In this document: in pieces, positions 36,446 through 48,602 of the stretch
Layout of the letters: every line of letters begins with the position of its first letter
Numbering within the stretch: the stretch's first letter is position 1
NCBI GenBank assembly: GCA_002256025.1
Contig: NKIB01004673.1
Location: 1 to 64,000, forward strand
Length of the DNA stretch: 64,000 nucleotides
Origin: Asterionella formosa
Taxonomy: Eukaryota
Direction of reading: 5' to 3'
Made by a program: the position numbers and the translations under genes
Notes under the pieces: model-generated
Databases searched by the model: none
What the model was told of the DNA's origin: nothing
Seen by the model: only the letters and a program-made list of their open reading frames with translations

Positions 36446-37506
36446 TCTACATGACTTTCTTAACATTAGACAACTTGTGACAAAGAACGTTCCTTTCCGG
36501 TGGCTCCTCGTTGTGAGCTAGATATATCTTACAAGAAACCATAAAAACAAAGAACCATTTTTCGTCTAAATGTATACCGCAATAGAAATTATCATAAAAC
36601 CAAACTTACCTGGATTGAATGATGGCTCATGCTTCAGCTGACAGGGATGATTCAACAACTATAAACGATTGATAGCATAGAACACATGATTCAAAGCATT
36701 GTGAGGTGTTAACGATGGCTTGATCGAATTATTGTGAGGCTGTATCACCTCTATCTCGGTTGAATTGGTGTAACTAAATAGTGTAGTGACAGGGAGGAGT
36801 CTGAGCTTCTTCCCCAACGTCGTGCGGTAAGTTCGTCACTGAAGGTGAGGAATTAACTTGACAGCTATTATAAATTTTTATACCTCTACTACCACTCTTT
36901 TACTTGTGGGATAGTGCCTTGCTTGTAGGATCCACTATACCCATTTGTGAACGATTCGAGTGCGCGCTTCCAGATATGATAACTTGTGATTCACTGACTT
37001 CGACCATTTTAGCCAACCCGGATCTAACACCAGTTGGCCCTACATTTCATCGTTTCTGATATAATCCCTTTTGAGATTGCGAAGCGACCAATCGACGATC
37101 TATTGTCGCATTTCTGGCTGGTGTTAAATTATTCTTCTTATATGTCTATTGAATAACGAAGGGTCAACGAAAAAATGGGAGGAGGGGGTCCACGGCACAC
37201 ATTCCTTATAGTTCTTCGTTTATTTGAATGATGCCCGCAATGTACATAAAGTGATTCCAGACAAAATTGATTCGTTTCTAATATACTTTCTTCCTTGTTG
37301 AAATTCATTTTATCTACTATCTGACACCCGACAGGTTTTTACTTGTTTTTCCAGATTATATTTGGCTGTTATCTGAGTTACCCAATAATTTTGAGACCAA
37401 TCTGTCTTTCTAATTTTTTCATTTTGCTTCCATCGATTTTCCTCAAAGTAGGGTCATTTTGCTGAAACAATATAACTTTGCTAAATAAAATATCCTTGCT
37501 TATAGT

Positions 37507-39179
37507 AGCAATTCCCGCTCCAGCTATCGTCTTGCCATTCCTGTACTTCTAAGTAGTTTTTAGGCTCTAAGTAATTTCTTAAGTAATTTTTATTTAAGGG
37601 CAATAAGGGGCACATCGAATTTTTCAGCATTAAAATTGCCGATTTTTAGCATGACAACCAGAATCACGGTCATATGCATGGAGATGGTACAACAAGCGTA
37701 AAACACACGAGAATGATTGTAACAACATGCAACATCAATGAAAATCGAACATGATGTTTGGAGCAACCAAAGCATGAAATGCGATGTAATAAGTAGCGTC
37801 AAATGAAAAATAGAAAAATCCGTTTTGGATTAGAAATGAAGTAAACAATAGGAGTTTCAATGGAGAACACATGCATTGTGAATCATTGTAGTACTTACAC
37901 AGGCAACATTGCTTGACTTTCCATCACCACACAATCGAAGACCAAAAGAAGAAGAAAAAAGCTCAACCCAATGTAGACCTGCATCGTTATGTAGCATAAA
38001 TGGTCTGGTTGCTGCAACCATGCGCATCGCTGTAGTAGCCTGACACCAGTAGCTAGCAGTATTTCCGCCACAGTCATTCCTCTCCGGCCACCAAACAAGC
38101 AACCCTGATCATTCCATTCTGAGCAAGCATGATCGCCACGCTGCACCAGCACTATTGACTCTCTCTAGCTGAGTATTCATGTAGCTTCTGATACGATGTT
38201 GTAGTAGAAATGTAGCAAAGCGCGTTAGTACAAGAAAAGCATTGCTTGGCGGCAATATTGACATCATGGTAAATGACTATACAAATCAACAAATACGATA
38301 AACAGCGGCACAATACCACATCTTCAATGAGTAGTCATTGATAAATGCATTGGTTCTTATGTGGATATTTACAATCGAAACAAAACGACAGTGCATAACG
38401 ACAAACAACGATGGAAGCGATCGAAACAAACCACAGAAGCAATCAAATCGGAAAGTCGGCCCGATAAATACGATCTACAATCCAGATTCAGTGTTTCACT
38501 GTTGTACTCACCGATCCGCTTCAACTATCATAACAAGCAGCAGACGATGGGATCAAAGAAAGACGAACGTTGCCTATTGCAAGCCCGAATAGAGCAAAGG
38601 CAGGCAAGATAGAGTGAGAATTAAAATTGTGAGGACGAACAAGTCGGGCATACAGTACGTAAAATCAATGAACATGTGAATGATACAATTTAATATTTCA
38701 GGTCTCGTTAAAATAATACCGAGTCTACAGAGATAATATTATAACGTGTTCAAAGTAAGCGTTAAAGCATAGCTTAAACCATGCATGGTTGTTTTAGTAC
38801 CACGTACGTATGTAGGCTAGATGACTGCCGGTACTGGTAGAATATCCGTTAAACATCATCCCATGCATGATCGGAGCAAAAACTTGCTACCAACATCAGA
38901 TGTATCGCTATCATCATTCGTCCGACGAAAAATGGACGATGTGACTGCATGAATCCCCCGAGAAGACAAGCAATCCAACAACCAACCACATCCGTTAGAC
39001 AACGAATCGCTACTGGCTGGCGTCATCACTGAACTGATTTCGCTTCAAACTGGTAATGATGGACGACGATCGGCATGGTGAAAGGTGAATTGCCGGAGTC
39101 CACCTTTCAGGAGACAAACAAAAACGAGGTGAATTCTATGTATAAATTATCACAATCTGTGTAGTATATAAAATGGTTT
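37507..39179. mobile_element. Near-identical copy of the left 1.67 kb of the 41981-43934 element, with no right end
   Basis: Starts agcaattcccgctccagctatcgtc and is collinear with 41981-43652 up to gtagtatataaaatggttt, with scattered substitutions and small indels. The ORF track shows paired translations. Confidence 0.9.
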
Positions 39180-39399
39180 TCTTTCGTTGCACAAAAGTGT
39201 CCGAAAATGCACAATGAGTAAGTCAGGCGAGTTCATGTCTATTCACACAATGCGACATTTCTATTTGCGTAACGAATAGGCAATGCAATGCTGTGTGTCT
39301 ACATGAATGTCTGTATTTTAATTCAAATTGATCTTTTCACGATTTCATAGAAATGATAGCCATGACAATTAGTATGTACATGATAGTCGGAACATAATT

Positions 39400-40070
39400 A
39401 TACAGGAGGTATTTTCTTGAATTTTGAGATGTTGCACCCTCTCCTAGATTTCTATCGCTCAAGTTTTCTCATCTATTTCTACAGTAGATAGGAATAATTA
39501 TCTAAAAGAAGTTATCAAGCTAGTCACCACAGACTCAACAATGTCTCAGTTTTGTTTGTATCCTCAAAACTAAGAAAACAACAACGAAAACAATCTAGCG
39601 GCGATTTCAAATTTTTGTTGTCATTATTGGTGAAATGGCAAGAATGGCGATTTTAAACATTGACAAGAACAAAGAATAATAAAGAAGAAAGAAATATGAT
39701 GACAAAGACAAAGACAAAAAATGAGTTGAAAGCCCTGTAATCTCCAACTGTAATGGATACTTCAAATAAAACCATAAGAAGTGGGACCAAAATGGAAATC
39801 TTTAACCCAATCCACACTCACCAGCCATCCAATTCTCATTTTTGACATGAGAAGTGCAGTCATAGCGAACTGAACCAAGAATAAAACTGCCATAACTCAT
39901 TCTAAAATTTACTTCCACAAAAGGAAGTGACTACCACCCAAACCTTTCCACAGCCCTACTACCTTATATGGGCAATGGAGCACAACGACGGCAACCCTAG
40001 ATATAGAATAGGACGAATGTACTATAAAAATGATGAATTAAAGTTTGTATTTTCAAGTACGCATTTTGAT
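39400..40070. repeat. Dispersed repeat family B, diverged copy of about 55460-56030
   Basis: Shared collinear blocks: attttcttg.attttgag.tgttgc, ctagtcacca..gactcaa, acgaaaac...tctag.ggc.atttcaaattttt, taggacgaatg. Confidence 0.7.
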
Positions 40071-40131
40071 GTATTCAACTAGTTCATGTGATCCTTTTAA
40101 CATCTACTAGGCTTATTTATTTGACTGTCAC

Positions 40132-40407
40132 TACTGGGATGTGATGAGCCACGATTTCTATAATGGAGATGGCTATACCTCTTGGAAGTACAATGCAATG
40201 CTCGCCATTGCAGGGAATTAGCCTGTCGCCGTTGGTGAGTGCAAAAAATTGCCAACAGCTATCCAGCTTGCCAGTCAGCCACGTTGGGTCTTCTTCATGG
40301 GTTGGGCAGAGCTCGTCAAGCAAAACAACGCCAACAGCGATGCCGCGATTATTTCGGTTTACTCGGCGCCTAATGTACTGACAAGAGATGAGTTGCCCGC
40401 GCACTAG
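40132..40407 (+). pseudogene. 5'-truncated paralogous fragment of the GH26 gene
   Basis: YWDVMSHDFYNGDGYTSWKYNAMLAIAGN*PVAVGECKKLPTAIQLASQPRWVFFMGWAELVKQ...VLTRDELPAH*. In-frame TAG at 40219-40221. The 3'UTR also matches 2316 and downstream, to about 40455. Confidence 0.93.
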
Positions 40408-40587
40408 ACTAAGATATAAATAATGTGTTGGGTTCAGATTAGTTGGTAGCATTGCCAATGTCATAATTTGCTTTTCACTCATCATTATTTATACTTCAAT
40501 CTTAGGTGGCCTTGTTGAAATTCCTACAAATTTTAATTTTCTTTTATGAAATAAATTATTTAAGACTTGATGTCAAAGATTTTGAGC

Positions 40588-41478
40588 TCAAGGAAATACA
40601 ACATCCAGCATGCCATTAGCCAACAATATCAGCCATGTGATTCCAACCATAACGCTCATGAATGCAGATGCGCACTCAATTCGAAACCCCCATCCATTTT
40701 TCATCCCCACCCACGAACTCACCACACCATATAAGCTTGCAAAGCACCCCATAGTGATTGTCGATGCAACACAAAAGGTCCCAAGATATAGTGTTGATAG
40801 CTTGGCATCTCGGATTTGAACCGCGGGAATGACGCCCAATACCCCACCTGGTCCGGCAAAGCCATGGACTATGCCCACCATCAAGGCCATGGTGTTAGTG
40901 GACAATTTGCTGACAAGGAATGTACAGTACTTTATTTTTCTGTGAAAGTGATCGTGGCCAAAATCGATTTCTAACCTCGGTATTCTGGGAATTGGTTCCC
41001 CATCCGACAACCCTTGTTTTGGCTCCTCATCAGCAATGCGCCTTAAATTTAGTTCAGCATCATCCTCAACGTCACCCGAGGACAGACTTGTCCTTTCTGT
41101 TGGCCTCGAATCGAGTGCCAACAGAGTATCCTCTTCTCGGGTGGATCCTTCACTCTGTCGACGAATTGCGCGTGTAAATCCATAGGAGCCCAAAAGGATC
41201 ATGAAGATTCCGACAAATGATTCGAACACTGTGGTCAATTGCTTCGGCACCTCGAGTGTATCTTTTGAAGCATCCGACAAAGAAATCAGTATAATTCCCA
41301 CGACCAACAATCCAGTGGAATGCCCAATTCCCCATCGAACGCCCAAGCCGAAGGCTGTGCAACATGACACATTAACCGACAGAGTCGCAATGGCGGACAA
41401 ATGATCAGGGCCAGTCAAGACGTGGAGCACGCCCAAGGCAATGCCTGTAACCAGTAAGGCACCTGCATCGGAAGGCAT
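40588..41478 (-). CDS. Nickel/cobalt transporter-like membrane protein (UreH/NiCoT-related)
   Basis: GVLHVLTGPDHLSAI, RWGIGHSTG, FESFVGIFMILLG, a His-containing loop (HDHFH), GIVHGFAGPGG; multiple TM helices. Confidence 0.85.
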   Translation of the reverse strand: MPSDAGALLVTGIALGVLHVLTGPDHLSAIATLSVNVSCCTAFGLGVRWGIGHSTGLLVVGIILISLSDASKDTLEVPKQLTTVFESFVGIFMILLGSYGFTRAIRRQSEGSTREEDTLLALDSRPTERTSLSSGDVEDDAELNLRRIADEEPKQGLSDGEPIPRIPRLEIDFGHDHFHRKIKYCTFLVSKLSTNTMALMVGIVHGFAGPGGVLGVIPAVQIRDAKLSTLYLGTFCVASTITMGCFASLYGVVSSWVGMKNGWGFRIECASAFMSVMVGITWLILLANGMLDVVFP

Positions 41479-41980
41479 TCGGCTTGAGTAATGCGGCCTA
41501 TGCGTTGTATGCTATTGAATGTGAATATGGGATTTCATAAATACATACAAGAAACTAACAATGTCGTTAGCCAACATCCAAAATCCAACAATCATCAGCC
41601 ACAGCCGCAATGATCATGTGCATGTGATCGAGGAAAACATTCTTCGCAGACTTTTAGATTGAAGCGGTACTTGCTACCCGGGAATTACCTACTGGCAATG
41701 ATCCCCACGTAAGTATATATATACAGAAGTGGATATTGTTTTTGCTTGGTTTATTCGATGCGAACTGGGGATGTCTAAGTAATTTTTGGTTTCCTTTAAG
41801 TAATTTATGGTAAGGGGCAATATTAGGGCGCAGTAGATTTTTCGGGAGTCCAACTTCATAGGAAGCAATGATGTTCATTTCGAAAATGCATGGATCACAA
41901 AAAATAAATGAATATATGCTTGAAAATGATCACACAAGAATGATAGTAACAAACATCGAAAAATTCGATATGATTTTTTA

Positions 41981-43934
41981 AGCAATTCCCGCTCCAGCTA
42001 TCGTCTTGCCATTCCTGTACTTCTAAGTAGTTTTTAGGCTCTAAGTAATTTCTTAAGTAATTTTTATTTAAGGGCAATAAGGGGCACATCGAATTTTTCA
42101 GCATTAAAATTGCCGATTTTTAGCATGACAACCAGAATCACGGTCATATGCATGGAGATGGTACATAAAGCATAAAACACACGAGAATGATTGTAACAAC
42201 ATGCAACATCAATGAAAATCGAACATGATGTTTGGAGCAACCAAAGCATGAAATGCGATGTAATAAGTTGCATCAAATAAGAAATAGAAAAATCCGTTTT
42301 GGATTAGAAATGAAGTAAACAATAGGAGTTTCAATGGAGAACACATGCATTGTGAATCATTGTAGTACTTACACAGGCAACATTGCTTGACTTTCCATCA
42401 CTACACAATCGAAGACCGAAAGAAGAAGAAAAAAGCTCAACCCAATGTAGACCTGCATCGTTATGTAGCATAAATGGTCTGGTTGCTGCAACCATGCGCA
42501 TCGCTGTAGTAGCCTGACACCAGTAGCTAGCAGTATTTCCGCCACAGTCATTCCTCTCCGGCCACCAAACAAGCAACCCTGATCATTCCATTCTGAGCAA
42601 GCATGATCGCCATGCTGCACCAGCACTATTAACTCTCTCTAGCTGAGTATTCATGTAGCTTCTGATACGATGTTGTAGTAGAAATGTAGCAAAGCGCGTT
42701 AGTACAAGAAAAGCATTGCTTGGCGGCAATATTGACATCATGGTAAATGACTATACAAATCAACAAATACGATAAACAGCGGCACAATACCACATCTTCA
42801 ATGAGTAGTCAGTGATAAATGCATTGGTTCTTATGTGGATATATACAGTCGAAATAAAACGACAGTGCATAACGACAAACAACAACGGAAGCGATCGAAA
42901 CAAACCACAGAAGCAATCAAATCGGAAAGTCGGCCCGATAAATACGATCTACAATCCAGATTCAGTGTTTCACTGTTGTACTCACCGATCCGCTTCAACT
43001 ATCATAACCAGCAGCAGACGATGGGATCAAAGAAAGATGAACGTTGCCTATTGCAAGCCCGAATAGAGCAAAGGCAGGCAAGATAGAGTGAGAATTAAAA
43101 TTGTGAGGACAAAATCGGGCATACAGCAGTACGTAAAATCAATGAACATGTGAATGATACAATTTTACATTTCAGGACTCGTTAAAATAATACCGAGTCT
43201 ACAGAGATAATATTATAACGTGTTCAAAGTAAGCGTTAAAGTATAGCTTAAACCATGCATGGTTGTTTTAGTACCACGTACGTATGTAGGCTAGATGACT
43301 GCCGGTACTGGTAGAATATCCGTTAAACATCATCACATGCATGATCGGAGCAAAAACTTGCTACCAAGCAACATCAGATGTATCGCTATCATCATTTGTC
43401 CGACGAAAAATGGACGATGCGACTACATGAATGCCTTGAGAAGACAAGCAATCCAACAATCAACCGCATCCGTTAGGCAACGAATCGCTACTGGCGTCAT
43501 CACTGAACTGATTTCGCTTCAAACCGGTAATGATGGATGACGATCGGCATGGTGAAAGGTGAATTGCCGGAGTCCACTTTTCAGGAGACAAACAAAAACG
43601 AGGTGAATTCTATATATAAATTATCAAAATCTGTGTAGTATATAAAATGGTTTCCTTAAGTAGACCCCTTGCCGATTTCGGCAATCCCAGGGCTGGAAAA
43701 CCGAGGGGCAATTGGCGTCTGTTGTCTTCCCAAAATGCGAAGATAGGAAATTTACAAAATATATTTAGTGATGGGCAATATCGGACCCATTGCGATTTTC
43801 GAGGTGAAGATAGGAAATATACAATATTTATTTATAAATATGATGGGCAATGGTAGGCTAAAATTGACATTTATGCTAAATTTGTGGGCAGTAGGTAAGC
43901 GAATTACGTGACAATAGCTAGAGCGGGAATTGCC
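41981..43934. mobile_element. Non-autonomous DNA transposon of about 1.95 kb with 24-25 bp TIRs (PIF/Harbinger-like)
   Basis: Left gcaattcccgctccagctatcgtc (41982-42005) and right gacaatagctagagcgggaattgc (43910-43933) differ at 2 of 24 positions as inverted repeats. Flanks are tta and tca. No transposase ORF. Confidence 0.85.
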
Positions 43935-43937
43935 TCA

Positions 43938-44125
43938 ACAATACCCTTCTTGGCGGCTACTTGCCTTCTCGTATACATGTGTACTTTGCTGGGATGGCAC
44001 TTGTAGGGTGACCTTCTCACAGCGCTGGGGGTTGCCACTCATACGGTCAACCTAGCTACTCGCGCCACCCAGCCTCGAACACATGTATACTCGCAGGCAA
44101 GAGACCACCTTGGGCGTGTATTGCC
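43938..44125. mobile_element. Foldback MITE-like element of about 190 bp
   Basis: The arms pair along most of the length: caatac/gtattg, cttgcct/aggcaag, gtatacatgtgt/acacatgtatac, gctggg/cccagc, tgacc/ggtca. It ends in attgcc, like the neighbouring TIR element. Confidence 0.75.
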
Positions 44126-46307
44126 TTCAGCAACCAAAGTATGAAACAGAAATTGAAAGATAAGATGTAGCAATGTTGAGCAGGGAATAGAATAAATATT
44201 AAAACAGAAAATGGGTCAGCAGAAAAATCTTGTGAAAAATTTGTGAACACATGATCATAAAGAAGAAGTATTGTCAAATCAGACTTTTTTTGTTATTGAA
44301 ACAAAATTTCAGAAATTTTTAGATGGGCCTGGAGGAGCAGCAAATGATAGATAAATTGGTTCATAGGGAGTGGGTACTGGAGTGATGATGACTTGCGGTG
44401 GCAGAGGTTGTGGAATGACAGTGTAATAATAGACATGTGGTGCTGATAGTATCTGGCATGACCAAGGGGTTCGACATGTATACAGGCTGATGCAAGTAAG
44501 TGCTGGCTTGTTGTTGGGTAGTAGGAGGGCTGGTGGTGATAGGAGGAATATGTTGGAGGATGATGGTGGTAATACTACTAGGTGGTGAAATGATATGTTG
44601 ATAGCACTGGAAGTGTTGGAGGGTGGTTGGATACTAAGAAGTATTGGGGACTGGGTGAGCTTGTGAAACAGCAGGAGTTACAATAGAACAACCAACATGA
44701 GTCAAAATAGAGAATGTGACTGTAGGTACACAGAAGAGGAGGAAACTGATTACGGAGTTTCAAGTGGCTGGAAACTTGTCTTGACATTTTCAAACACAAC
44801 AATGTGAGCCTGGTGTGCGTTTCATCTCTGTTGAAGGGTTCTAATATCATGAATTAATTTTGGCGGAAGAGTGCCTAGATTTATCAAGAATAATCTTGGT
44901 TGGAACGGCGGGAAAAAGTTGAATTTATATATCAGAAAACAATCCTTTTCTCTCCTGCCATGAGATGTGCAATGATATGGCTTGTCCATCCCAGAGACAG
45001 TTGCAAGGTCTGCACGAATTCTAGTTGTACCTGCTTTATTTATTTAGTCCCTTGGGTTCCAGTTGGTGAAGCAGAAAACAAGCAGGTCTAAGGCCCTCTG
45101 CCTCTGGGGGGTCAAGTGCACCAACTTCACAACCTCCACAATTGTCGAGTTCTTTTACAATAGCATACTACAAATTTACTTGATAATTCATATATATATA
45201 TATAGCTAATACTAGACTGATGGAGAATTTTAAAAAATGCTAGAAAAAAAATTTCTACATAATTGGTGTGTTTTACTTTGTTTGTTTTTAGTAGCATTGT
45301 TAAAGAGTGAGCTTAATGTAGTTAAATGTAAGTTGGAATGTATATTTTTGAAACTTCCAAGCTGCTGCATGTTTCAAAATAGAGGTGCTGTTAGGAGGTG
45401 AGGTTCATCAATTTTTGTTTGCAACTTGAACTGAAATTAAACTATATCCTCATCCTAAATACGCTCATGTCTCACTTTAGGCCCAGAAGCTGTTTGATCA
45501 AAGACTGCTTACAGAATGATCCTGTTAGTGAAAACTGTATCATATCTAATTGTCTTCTTGACTGTTGCTTTATTTGGCGGACTCATCCGCAATTTTCTAG
45601 TCAATCGTTTTTTGATTTTACCTCTAGGTCTGATTTCTTCCTAGTGTCCATTTAAAGGTTAGAGAGAACTTCTCCTCAAAGTTACGCTCTCAACTGTTGC
45701 ATTTAATACCTGGCTAATTGTTAACCATGTATTCTTGAATTAATCATCTATTAGTTTGTGGTAAATGCTTGTAATCTTGTTATTTGGTAGGAGAAATATT
45801 CTCACACTTACAACTTGATCTGGAATCAGGAATCTCTGTAAGTGTTTCAACTCATGGTACCAGGGTAAAGAGAATTGTAATTTTTGTTCTTCGTGGTCTA
45901 TGGTATATATTGTATACCAGGTACCCAGTATAGATGCTATAGACTATAGGCCATGGAGACGCCTACTATTCTGGGCTCCTGGGACCAGGGTACCTGGTCC
46001 TCCTAACAGGTATAGCCAGCCTCACATAATTTTATGCATCAGCCAGAGTAACAAATCATTATCAAAAAGTTTTAAAAAAAAGGGCACTCAACGAATAAAA
46101 GTCAATATATGTCTACACATCAGTTTATTAGGATATAACCAACGGGGTAAGAAGAAGGAATAGTCAATATCATACAGACTTCTAGTCCTCATATTTATAG
46201 TTTTTCAACATGAGATCGCCAATCCAACATTCTCCTTTCATAATTGCGTTGCATTGCCGAGAAAATATCTCCAATGTATCAATGAAGAGGTCGGCAGTTT
46301 TTATTTA

Positions 46308-47578
46308 TCAAAGGTATCGCCCATTATAGTGACCATAATGGTGGGGTTGGTGGTTTTGATCGTATCCCCTAGGGAATCGAACTTCGGGAGGGGGTGGGAG
46401 CGGATGACGACTCTCTTCGCCAAATGAAGAGTGTAGCGAATAGCTTGGTTGCCTGGAATGAGGGTAGAGTTCAGGCAGTGGTTCCGATGAGTCGAATGAA
46501 CCTGCATTGAAGCTGTATGAAGTCAAGAGTGAAGGATTCAACACTTGCGTATAGGGTTGACGGCTTGGTTGTCTGTGGTCACCCGTGTAATCGTCTCGCT
46601 GTAGCCGTGGCTTGAAAATGCCTTCTGCACGTGGAGCACGTTGGTGCGACAGTTGGTTCTGGGGCGAATTAGGAGCCATAAGCTTCATCTCGCTGTGACT
46701 GGTTCGAGATGCTGCATCAAGCTTTGATTGTTCGGCTTTGAATTTCGCGATCTCCATTTTGTAGTTCGCTCGCTCAATTTCCTCTCGTCCGACATATGGG
46801 GCTTTTTCCTTGGCTGGAGCGTTCCTCCACATTTCTCCGAGAAGACGAGAGACATCTGTATTGCTCATGTCTGGATTATCCTTCTTCACGTCAGTTCTAC
46901 GTGTTTGCGAATACTTGAGAAAGGCAGACATTGGTCTCTGAAGGGAGAGTTAGAGGCTTTATAATAGATGCAAAGTTGCAAGCAAGCTCGCCTCACCTTT
47001 GGAGCAAGAGGATGCTTTTTGGCTCGTCGCTTTGGAATGTCCCATACCCCTTTGTAGGCAGATTTCTCTCGAACATACCTAAGCAGCGGTCAGAATGGTT
47101 GAATAAAGCATTGACAATATCGTTCTGTATGGCCATGGTGTGGCCCTGAGGGTTTAATTATTCTCACCTCATCTTATCGGACCGTGCCGCTTCATCCCAA
47201 TCACCCTTTTCTTTAGTCGAAAGTTCCTTCCACGCATCAGCGACATGCTGCAGTATTTCTTTTGATCTCTGTGATGAGGCCATGTAAGATATCGGCGTGG
47301 GCATCCATCACAGCATGAACACAGTCTACTCGTACCTCACTTATTCCAAGTTCAAGGGCAATTTTCCTTTTACTAGAGTCCGAGAAGCAAATGAAAGCTG
47401 TCCGAGGCGGCAAGGGTGGCCTATGTTCCGGATTAATATTCTCCTTCGCTGACCTGATCTGTGGGTCATGATAATTCAAAGAAGGGAGATTGGTTAAGGC
47501 TCGTCTGGACAAAGAATCGAACCGTATTTCAATAATCTGACTGATTATACACAGCAAACCTACCTCTCGTTCCGACAT
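46308..47578 (-). CDS. Double HMG-box protein, 5 exons
   Basis: Exons 47578-47564, 47458-47336, 47268-47168, 47078-46997 and 46937-46308, all GT-AG. Box 1: PPLPPRTAFICF...VADAWKEL...WDEAARSDKMRY. Box 2: KHPLAPKRPMSAFLKYSQ...LLGEMWRN...PY. Intron 1 is also open in frame. Confidence 0.88.
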
Positions 47579-48602
47579 CTCTCACCGTTCAGAGAGAGAG
47601 AGAGAAGTTCTCTGTTAGAAAAATAATGATCTCTTCATGAAATTCTGAGAGAGAAATGACGGAGGATTTGAATTGCAGAACTATTCATGCGTTGAATGTG
47701 TGATTGTACCACTTTGGTGGAGGCTATATTTGAATTCCTCGTCCCCACGAGACCGCTCTGGCGCAGAATATTCGGTCCCACTACAGTGCAATCATATCCG
47801 GATACGCCATGAATGCATTGTGGCTCGCACCTTCATTGAATGGACGTTTCGCAATGAAAGGGATTCGAAAGGAATAAGTTGAAGTGTCAGCTGTGACCTC
47901 CCTGTTCTAAAGAAAGCATATCTCAAGGTATATTCATCATTATTCAACAAAGAGGAGTATAGTATGAATGCGTTGTAATTAAACATCTGAGCATTAGAGA
48001 GGTATTGCTAATAGTACTCTACAAAGTGATAGAAACGAAATTATGTGGTGTGAATGCAACGGAAAATAATGAAGTTCAATAATCAAGCAGAATAAATATA
48101 TACAGGATGTATATTCATATTTTTGCCCAGGATCATGTGTTTTTTGCCTCTATCTTTCGGCCCCGGATTAGCACTTTCATCACTATTAACCGGCACATAT
48201 ACTCTAGTTTGTTGGTAGAAGAAAATAAATAACGGTACCTAGGGAGGAATTAGTTATGTAGATGCAGCAATATTTGGCATGTCTGGTGGATGGAACGCGT
48301 CACTTGACTCGATGACGTCATTTCGAGACTCGGGATACCATATTCGGTATCCCCTCTTAAATATACATCCATCATCGCGTCGTCCAATATATTCATTACC
48401 ACCGGTACATCATGATACGGCAGTAGACAAGCCCATCACTCTCGACCCAATTGCCTTGAGCATTAGAATTGTGAGCACATTATAAACGAAAAATTGTACA
48501 TTGTATATGAGGCATTCAGATCCGTCATAGCGGAAAATAAGCAACCAACGAACCGAAGACATTCAATCCTGAGTCATAGAATCTGAAATCAAGTTAGCCG
48601 CT

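Larger units (their letters stand above)
41694..44340. mobile_element. Older host element of the 18974 type, interrupted at 41980/44128 by nested insertions; right end not located
   Basis: 41750-41980 matches 19003-19268, and the match resumes at about 44128 (agcaaccaaag.atgaaaca.aaattgaaagataag ... cagaaatttt ... gggcctggag) against 19268-19480. Confidence 0.7.

Noticed and set aside
37590..43086. Pairs of near-identical short ORFs (70-85 aa)
   Set aside because: They arise from the duplicated element, overlap in several frames and have no recognisable domain.
47590..47606. (GA)n tract upstream of the HMG gene
   Set aside because: It is an ordinary short 5'-region microsatellite.
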